From positions 170,016 through 234,015 of the forward strand of contig JBBRNJ010000002.1 of the NCBI GenBank assembly GCA_038230375.1: DNA of 64,000 nucleotides, given 5' to 3'. The position numbers were made by a program, and so were the translations under genes. Below the pieces are notes generated by a model. The model was not told the origin of the DNA and made no database searches. It saw nothing but the letters and a program-made list of their open reading frames with translations. Shown here one piece after another: positions 58,088 to 64,000 of the stretch. Within the stretch, counting starts at the first letter, position 1. The number at the start of each line of letters is the position of its first letter. The DNA comes from Polyangiales bacterium (GTDB lineage Bacteria > Myxococcota_A > Polyangia > Polyangiales > Polyangiaceae).

Positions 58088-58561
58088 ATGCGAATCGTTG
58101 CGATCGTGTGCCTTGCGTCCGTGGTGGTGGCTTGTGGCGGTGGCGGTGATGGAGCGAGCCCACCTCCAGCGACCCCAACCCCCGCACCTGCATCAACGGC
58201 GGTAGCGGAACCGCAGACGTTCCCCGAGCAGGTGGCCGCGGGGCAGAAGCTCTACGGCGACAAATGCGCGAGCTGCCACGGCGCGGGCGGCGAGGGGACC
58301 CGGGCCCCGCGCGTGGTGGGGCTCGACAAGGGCGCGCTGCCGCTCGACCCACCGGCGTCATCGAAGTACCGAAAGAACCAGTTCCACACGGCCGCGGACG
58401 TCGCCGAGTTCGCCGTGAAGGCGATGCCTCCCATGGCGCCGGGCTCACTCAAGGAGTCCGAGTACTGGTCCATCCTCGCGTTCGACCTCCACGCAAACGG
58501 CGTGGACCTGCCGCACAAGCTAGACGGCAGCAACGCGAAGGAAGTCGTCCTCCACAAGTAG
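58088..58561 (+). CDS. Monoheme cytochrome c lipoprotein
   Basis: Lipobox VVAC, CASCH heme motif and distal MPP. Confidence 0.88.
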   Translation: MRIVAIVCLASVVVACGGGGDGASPPPATPTPAPASTAVAEPQTFPEQVAAGQKLYGDKCASCHGAGGEGTRAPRVVGLDKGALPLDPPASSKYRKNQFHTAADVAEFAVKAMPPMAPGSLKESEYWSILAFDLHANGVDLPHKLDGSNAKEVVLHK

Positions 58562-58593
58562 ACAGGATCGTGCGGACCGCGGCGCCGTTCTAG

Positions 58594-60099
58594 CTAGAAC
58601 AGCTTTTTGCGCTTGGAAGAGGACAGGATGCCGAGCTGCTCGCGGTACTTCGCGACGGTTCGGCGGGCGATCTGGATGCCATTGTCCTTCTGCAGCATCT
58701 CGACGATGGCCTGATCGGAGAGCGGGTTCGACTTGTCCTCAGCCGCGATGATCTTGTCGATCGCGTCCTTCACGCTGCGCGATCCGATGTCCTCCTCGGA
58801 CACGCGGCGGATCGGCGGGTTGAAGAAGAACTTCAGCTCGAACAGGCCTTGCGGAGTGTGGACGTACTTGTTCGTGGTCACGCGGCTGATCGTCGACTCG
58901 TGCATGCCGACGGTCTCGGCGACGTCGCGAAGGACGAGCGGCTTCAGGAAGGAGACGCCCTTCTCGAAGAACTCGCGCTGCTTCTCGACGATGCACTCCG
59001 TGACGCGGATGATGGTCTTGCGGCGCTGCTCGATCGCGCGGATGAGCCACTGCGCATTGCGCAGCTTCTCGCCGATGAACTCCTTGGCGTTGGGATCCTT
59101 GAGGAGCTGCTTCGTGAGCGACTCGTTGATGTAGAGCCGCTGCACGCCGCGATCGTTGTCGGTGACGATCCACTTGTCCGCCTCGCGGATGACGTAGACG
59201 TCCGGCGTGATGGCGATGCTCTTCTCGTCCTGCTCGGTGAAGTTGCGGGCGGGGCGGCTCTCCAGCTTCTGGATCTCCTTCACCGCCTCGTAGACCTCTT
59301 CGACCGGGACCTTCAGGTCCTTCGCGATCGCCTGGTAGTTGTGCTTCTCCAGGTTGTGCATGTGCTTCTCGATGACGGAGAGCTCCAGGTCGTCGAAGCC
59401 GAAGGCCTCTGCCTGCACGCGCAGACACTCGCCCAGGTCGCGCGAGCATACGCCGATGGGATCCCACTCCTGCATGATGCGCAGCACGTCCGGCGCGTCC
59501 TCCGGATCGAGCCCGGACTCCGCGGCAAGCTCCTCGATCGTGATGTCCGGCGTCTTCTCGCCGCCTTCGCGCTCGGTGCCCTTGAGGTCCAAAAAACCGT
59601 TGTCGTCCAGGTTGCCAAGTACGAGCTCGGCGAAGCGGCGCTCGGACTCCGTGAAGTCGCTCATCTGCAGCTGCCAGCGGAGGTGCTCCGAGAGGGACGT
59701 GGCCTTGGACAGGCTCTGCTCGATCGGCGGCAGCTCTTCGAACCCGCCACGACTTGCCTGAAGTGGCTGCTGCAGGGTGCGGTTCTCCAGGAACTGCTCC
59801 CAGTCGATCTCGCGGACGTTCTTCTCGTCCGTCTTCTGCTGATCGCCGCTGGCGGTCCGCATCCGATCTTCCATGCGGTCGACGCGCTCTTCTTGCGCCG
59901 CGGGGGCTTCGCGCTCGGCCGCGTTGTGCTTGCCGCGCGGATCGATGTCGTCGTCGGCGAGCACCGGGTTGGCGTCGAGCTCCTTGCGGATTTCGTCGAT
60001 CAGCTCGAGACGCGAGAGCTGGAGCAGGCGGATGGCCTGCTGAAGCTGGGGCGTCATGACCAGCTGCTGACTCAGCTTGAGTTGCTGTTTGATCTCCAT
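58594..60099 (-). CDS. rpoN: RNA polymerase sigma-54 factor
   Basis: QQLVMTPQLQQAIRLLQ, HESTISRVT and RpoN box ARRTVAKYRE. Confidence 0.98.
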   Translation of the reverse strand: MEIKQQLKLSQQLVMTPQLQQAIRLLQLSRLELIDEIRKELDANPVLADDDIDPRGKHNAAEREAPAAQEERVDRMEDRMRTASGDQQKTDEKNVREIDWEQFLENRTLQQPLQASRGGFEELPPIEQSLSKATSLSEHLRWQLQMSDFTESERRFAELVLGNLDDNGFLDLKGTEREGGEKTPDITIEELAAESGLDPEDAPDVLRIMQEWDPIGVCSRDLGECLRVQAEAFGFDDLELSVIEKHMHNLEKHNYQAIAKDLKVPVEEVYEAVKEIQKLESRPARNFTEQDEKSIAITPDVYVIREADKWIVTDNDRGVQRLYINESLTKQLLKDPNAKEFIGEKLRNAQWLIRAIEQRRKTIIRVTECIVEKQREFFEKGVSFLKPLVLRDVAETVGMHESTISRVTTNKYVHTPQGLFELKFFFNPPIRRVSEEDIGSRSVKDAIDKIIAAEDKSNPLSDQAIVEMLQKDNGIQIARRTVAKYREQLGILSSSKRKKLF

Positions 60100-60185
60100 C
60101 TCTAGGGCGGCCTCCGCTCGATGAAGTCCCAGAATACCACCGTTTTTCGGCTCTTCACGCGAAAGTACATTTCTTGCTTGGTCCC

Positions 60186-60974
60186 TTATGTGGGTGCGGC
60201 CGCCGGCGGCGGCGGGGGAGGCAGGCTGCGCCCCCAGTTTCCCAGGTATCTACCCTTCACGAGCTCGTGCTCGCGGAACTCCGACGGTGTCGCAGAGACG
60301 GCGATCTGACCATCCAGGAGCAGCACAGCGCGCGTGCAGATGGCGAGGGCCTCGGCCACGTGGTGGTCGGCGAGGAGCACGGTGACGCCCTCCTTCGCCA
60401 GCGCGGCCAGCAGTCTGCCGACGCGCTCGGCGCCCTCGGGATCGACTCCCGCGAACGGCTCGTCGCAGACGATGACCTTCGGCGGGCGCGTGATGGCGCG
60501 TGCCAGCTCCAGGCGACGCCGCTCGCCACCCGACAGAGCGCCCGCCCGCACCTCCAGGCGCTCGGCGAGTCCCACGCGCTCCGCAGCGTCGGTGAGCTCG
60601 CTCCCGCTCTTCGGCGAGCCCGTCACGCGTGCGAACGCATCCAGGTTCTCGCGCACCGTGAGGTCGAACAACACGCTGGGCGATTGGGGCATGTAAGACA
60701 GACCGCGCAGCGCGCGCCGGTAGAGCGGCTCGCGCGTGACGTCCACGGTCCCGAGGAGCACCTTGCCTGCGGCCAGCGGTGTCTCGCCCGCGAGCGCGCG
60801 AAAGAGCGTGGATTTGCCTGCGCCGGACGGCCCGAGCACACCCACCACTTCACCCTCGTCGCACGAGAGATCGATCTGGCGGAGGATCTGGCGCGCGCCG
60901 CCGGTGACGGTGACGCCCTCGCACGCGATCGCGGGCGTCTTCCGCTCGCTCTCCGAGATGCGCGCCTCGGGCAT
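60186..60974 (-). CDS. lptB: LPS export ABC ATPase
   Basis: GPSGAGKS, PLYRRALRGLSYMPQ, LSGGERRRLELAR and DEPFAGVDP motifs; upstream of rpoN. Confidence 0.88.
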   Translation of the reverse strand: MPEARISESERKTPAIACEGVTVTGGARQILRQIDLSCDEGEVVGVLGPSGAGKSTLFRALAGETPLAAGKVLLGTVDVTREPLYRRALRGLSYMPQSPSVLFDLTVRENLDAFARVTGSPKSGSELTDAAERVGLAERLEVRAGALSGGERRRLELARAITRPPKVIVCDEPFAGVDPEGAERVGRLLAALAKEGVTVLLADHHVAEALAICTRAVLLLDGQIAVSATPSEFREHELVKGRYLGNWGRSLPPPPPPAAAPT

Positions 60975-60976
60975 GG

Positions 60977-61468
60977 CTACTTCGGGACCGGGACCGAGCC
61001 CTTGACCTGCTGTGCCGTGACCTTCGCCGTGGAGAGATCGATCGTGGCGCGGTCCGCCTGGATGAAGCCCTGGCCGCGCGACAGCTTCACGCCACCGCGG
61101 AGCTCCAGGATCTGCTTGCTCAGATTGAGCTCCACCTCTGGCGCCTCCGCGTGCACACCGCGGATGTCCGCTGCCACGCCGCCAGAGCCCTTGATCCACG
61201 TGACGTGCGGCGTGGTGTCGAACTTGAGGTCGACGCGCGGGCACTTCACGGAGAGGTCGCCCTTCTGGAGCTGCACGTTGCCCGTGAGGATGGCGGTCTT
61301 CGCGCCCACGTCCACCTCGAGGGTGTCGGCCTGCACGCTCACGTTGCCGGGGCCCACCTCGAGCAGCGGGTCGGCGTGAGCGGCGCCATCCATGGTGGCC
61401 GCCGCGAGCAACGAAAGCAGCCCGGACATGAGGAGGGAGACTCGACGACGCATCGTGGAGTCGAGCAT
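60977..61468 (-). CDS. lptA: LptA/OstA family protein
   Basis: Signal peptide; V.AD.L....A.LTGNV...GD..V jellyroll pattern; adjacent to lptB. Confidence 0.78.
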   Translation of the reverse strand: MLDSTMRRRVSLLMSGLLSLLAAATMDGAAHADPLLEVGPGNVSVQADTLEVDVGAKTAILTGNVQLQKGDLSVKCPRVDLKFDTTPHVTWIKGSGGVAADIRGVHAEAPEVELNLSKQILELRGGVKLSRGQGFIQADRATIDLSTAKVTAQQVKGSVPVPK

Positions 61469-61469
61469 A

Positions 61470-63986
61470 TCACGCGCGATCGGCCGGCGACACCAGCGCC
61501 GCGCCGAAGGCCTTCACCTCGGAAGCAACGGTGGGCTCGCCTTCTTCCTCGGGGGCCAGGGCGCCTACCGCGAGCTGCTCGATGAGCAAGGCCACGGCCG
61601 ATCGCGCGAGCGCGGGGAGATCCTTCGCGTCGCCGGCGTCGCGAGCCGAGAAGCCACGGACGACCGCGCGTGATGCGGGCAACAGGTCCGCCTCCGACAG
61701 GAGCGGCGCCGTCGCAGGTCCCCCGGTGCGTGTCTCCTTCACCGTCATGCGCGAGAGCACGCGCGCGAGCGCTGGGGCCAGCTCCGCAAGCGCGCGATCC
61801 ACGCGGTATTTCCCGATCTGCGGGTCCTTCTCCTCGGCCTCGGCGCGGTCCCGATCCTTGCCCAGGGACAGCGCTGCGAGCTGCGCCTGCCAGCGATCGA
61901 AGTCACGGCGGACCGCGCCCGCGAGCATCTGCGTCTGCGTGTCCGCGTCGTGATCGAGCTCCGCGGAGCAAAGGCGCATGGCAGCGGCGCGCTCCTGCTT
62001 GCGGGTCATGCGTGCACGCGCGGCCTCATCCTGTGCACGCGCCGTATCACCAAGGCTCAAGACCACGAGCGCCGCGCGCCTTCGCAGGCCGCGCTCCTTC
62101 AGCTCGTCGCTGCGCTGGATGATCTGTTGATCCAGGAGCAGCTCCACGTCCGCCCAGCCAGACTCCAGCGGCACCGGCTCACCCTTGGTCTTGGCCTCGA
62201 GCGCGCGGCGCGCAGAGAACGCGCGCGGCTCCGCCCACGACGTGAGCCCCACGTCCGTGAGCGACTCGGTGACCAGGCTCATCACCTTTGCCAGGTCGTC
62301 GGGCTTCAAGCGGTCGGCCTTGTTGACGAGGAGCTGCACGGGCAGGCCGCGCGCCTTCGCCTCCTCGAGGATCTTTCGCTCGCTCTGCTTCATGGCCTGC
62401 GATGCGTCGAGCAGCCAGAGCGCGAGATCCGCCTCCTCGAAAGCGCGCCGCGCCGCGTCCGCGTGCGCCTTGTCCGGGGCGTTGAAGCCGGGTGTGTCCA
62501 GGATTTCCACGCGCAGGAGCGAGGGGATGGAGACCAGGAGCTCGACGCGCGTGACCGTGGTTGCGTCCACGGATTTCAGCGCTTCCCGCAGATCGGACAG
62601 GCCCAGGAGTCGCTCGGGTTCGGGCGGGTGGAAGAAGATCTTCGCGATGGGATCGCGCGCGTAGCGAAGGTGGTGGAGCGTGGCGGTGGTGGGCAACACG
62701 CCGGTGGGCGCGATGTCTGCGCCGAGCAAGACGTTGATGAACGTGCTCTTGCCAGCGTTGAACTCTCCCACGACCGCGACGCGAACGGGCCGTGCGCGAT
62801 CGGCCGCGAGCTCGGCGATGCGCGCGGACGCACCCACGTCGTGGAGCTTGCGCGCGAGCTCGTCGAGGCGCGTGAAGACCGCGTCCCAGTCGGCGATGGG
62901 CGCGGCGAACCATGCCCCGAGCGCGTCTGCGCGAAGCGCGTCGGCCCAGGGAAGGAGCCGCGCCTGCGTGATCGCCTCGAGACAGTCCAGCTTTGCGCGG
63001 GGCCCCTTCTCGTCGGCTGCGCCGAGGAGCATGTGTGCCTCTGCGATCGCCTTGGTCGTTCGGCCCTCCATCTGACCGAGTGAGAGGGCAAGCGCCCCGA
63101 GATCGCGATCCTCGATCGCGGCGTCGAACAGCGGCTCCACGGCGGAGCGATCTCCGGCGCGCACCGCCTCGCCCAGCGCCTGGCGCGCGAGATCACGCTT
63201 ACCCTCTGCGCGCGCGAACGCTGCACGGAAGCGCGCTGTGTCGACCTCGCCCTGGGCGGTCACCACCGTACGCACGCGCTCGCGCAGCGCTTCGTCCGTG
63301 GGGATCCAGGCGAGCGCGGACGACAGCGCGCCGCTCGCGCCCTGGGCGTCCAGCAGGTACGCGCGGATGAGTGAAGCGAACGCCGACGGATCGCGCATCA
63401 TCGCGAACGCCTGACCGCGGCAGAGCGCAAGGCGCCCGTTCGTCGGGTCGTCCGGGATGGGCTGGAGGTGGCTCATCGCCCGCGTTGGATCTTGTTGCAG
63501 AATACATGCTTCCGCGTTCCGTACCGCGACCTCGGGGCTCTTGGGAGAGGCTAGCCGCTCCAGCCAGAGCGCCGCGCGCGCGCCGTCCTTCTCGCGCAGG
63601 TCCAGATCGCACAGGCCGAGCAGCGCCATCTTGCGCGCCTGGCTCCCGCCCTCCGCGATCGCCAGCGCTCGCATGAACGCGTCCTTCGATTCCGCGAGCT
63701 CACCGAGCGCCATGCGCGCTTCACCGAGGCGAGCCCACACGTCCGCGCGCGACGGCGCCCGGCGGCCCAGCTCCTCGAGCGTCATCAGCAGCTCGGCGTC
63801 CAGGCCGCCCGCCTCGCAGGCGTCGGCAAGGAGCGCCAGGCCGATCGGAGACCCCGGCAGGCGCTCGAGGATTCCCCGCGCCGCCGTCCGTGCGCGCATG
63901 GGGTCGCCCGCGGTGAGCGCGTCCTGTCCCTCGCGGAGCAGTCCATCCGCGCCGGCGAGCGCGAGCTCGACGCGGCCGAACCACAT
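61470..63986 (-). CDS. TPR-like repeat plus dynamin-family GTPase protein
   Basis: G1 GEFNAGKS, G2 GVLPTTA, G3 DTPG and G4 NKAD; N-terminal helical TPR-like repeats. Confidence 0.85.
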   Translation of the reverse strand: MWFGRVELALAGADGLLREGQDALTAGDPMRARTAARGILERLPGSPIGLALLADACEAGGLDAELLMTLEELGRRAPSRADVWARLGEARMALGELAESKDAFMRALAIAEGGSQARKMALLGLCDLDLREKDGARAALWLERLASPKSPEVAVRNAEACILQQDPTRAMSHLQPIPDDPTNGRLALCRGQAFAMMRDPSAFASLIRAYLLDAQGASGALSSALAWIPTDEALRERVRTVVTAQGEVDTARFRAAFARAEGKRDLARQALGEAVRAGDRSAVEPLFDAAIEDRDLGALALSLGQMEGRTTKAIAEAHMLLGAADEKGPRAKLDCLEAITQARLLPWADALRADALGAWFAAPIADWDAVFTRLDELARKLHDVGASARIAELAADRARPVRVAVVGEFNAGKSTFINVLLGADIAPTGVLPTTATLHHLRYARDPIAKIFFHPPEPERLLGLSDLREALKSVDATTVTRVELLVSIPSLLRVEILDTPGFNAPDKAHADAARRAFEEADLALWLLDASQAMKQSERKILEEAKARGLPVQLLVNKADRLKPDDLAKVMSLVTESLTDVGLTSWAEPRAFSARRALEAKTKGEPVPLESGWADVELLLDQQIIQRSDELKERGLRRRAALVVLSLGDTARAQDEAARARMTRKQERAAAMRLCSAELDHDADTQTQMLAGAVRRDFDRWQAQLAALSLGKDRDRAEAEEKDPQIGKYRVDRALAELAPALARVLSRMTVKETRTGGPATAPLLSEADLLPASRAVVRGFSARDAGDAKDLPALARSAVALLIEQLAVGALAPEEEGEPTVASEVKAFGAALVSPADRA

Positions 63987-64000
63987 GCTAATGGTGTCCA

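Overview
High-GC chromosomal window. Gene content (several ECF sigma factors, two large Ser/Thr kinases, Pro/Ala/Asp-rich exported proteins) suggests a myxobacterium, probably Polyangiales; this is an inference. About 54 genes are supported. Housekeeping genes: ugd plus an epimerase, truB, gatC-gatA, rpsB-tsf and lptA-lptB-rpoN. Transporters: two POT-type MFS, an APC permease, PiT and an MlaF-like ATPase. There are also three GT-C-like membrane proteins. I saw no rRNA, tRNA, CRISPR array or transposase. The main candidate system is a tightly coupled minus-strand operon at 23753-32378: SrfB-like Hsp70/actin-fold ATPase, a small protein with a GrpE-like C-terminus, an SrfA-like membrane anchor, an SrfC-like dynamin-type GTPase and a Sel1-repeat membrane protein. 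Other notable items: a POT transporter with a ~160-aa insertion where animal PepT1/2 carry their extracellular domain, a TPR-dynamin directly upstream of lptAB-rpoN, an RluA-RlmI fusion, a membrane-anchored ECF sigma factor, and an LpxL-like gene frameshifted at a G6 tract. All calls come from motif reading by eye; no database searches were run.
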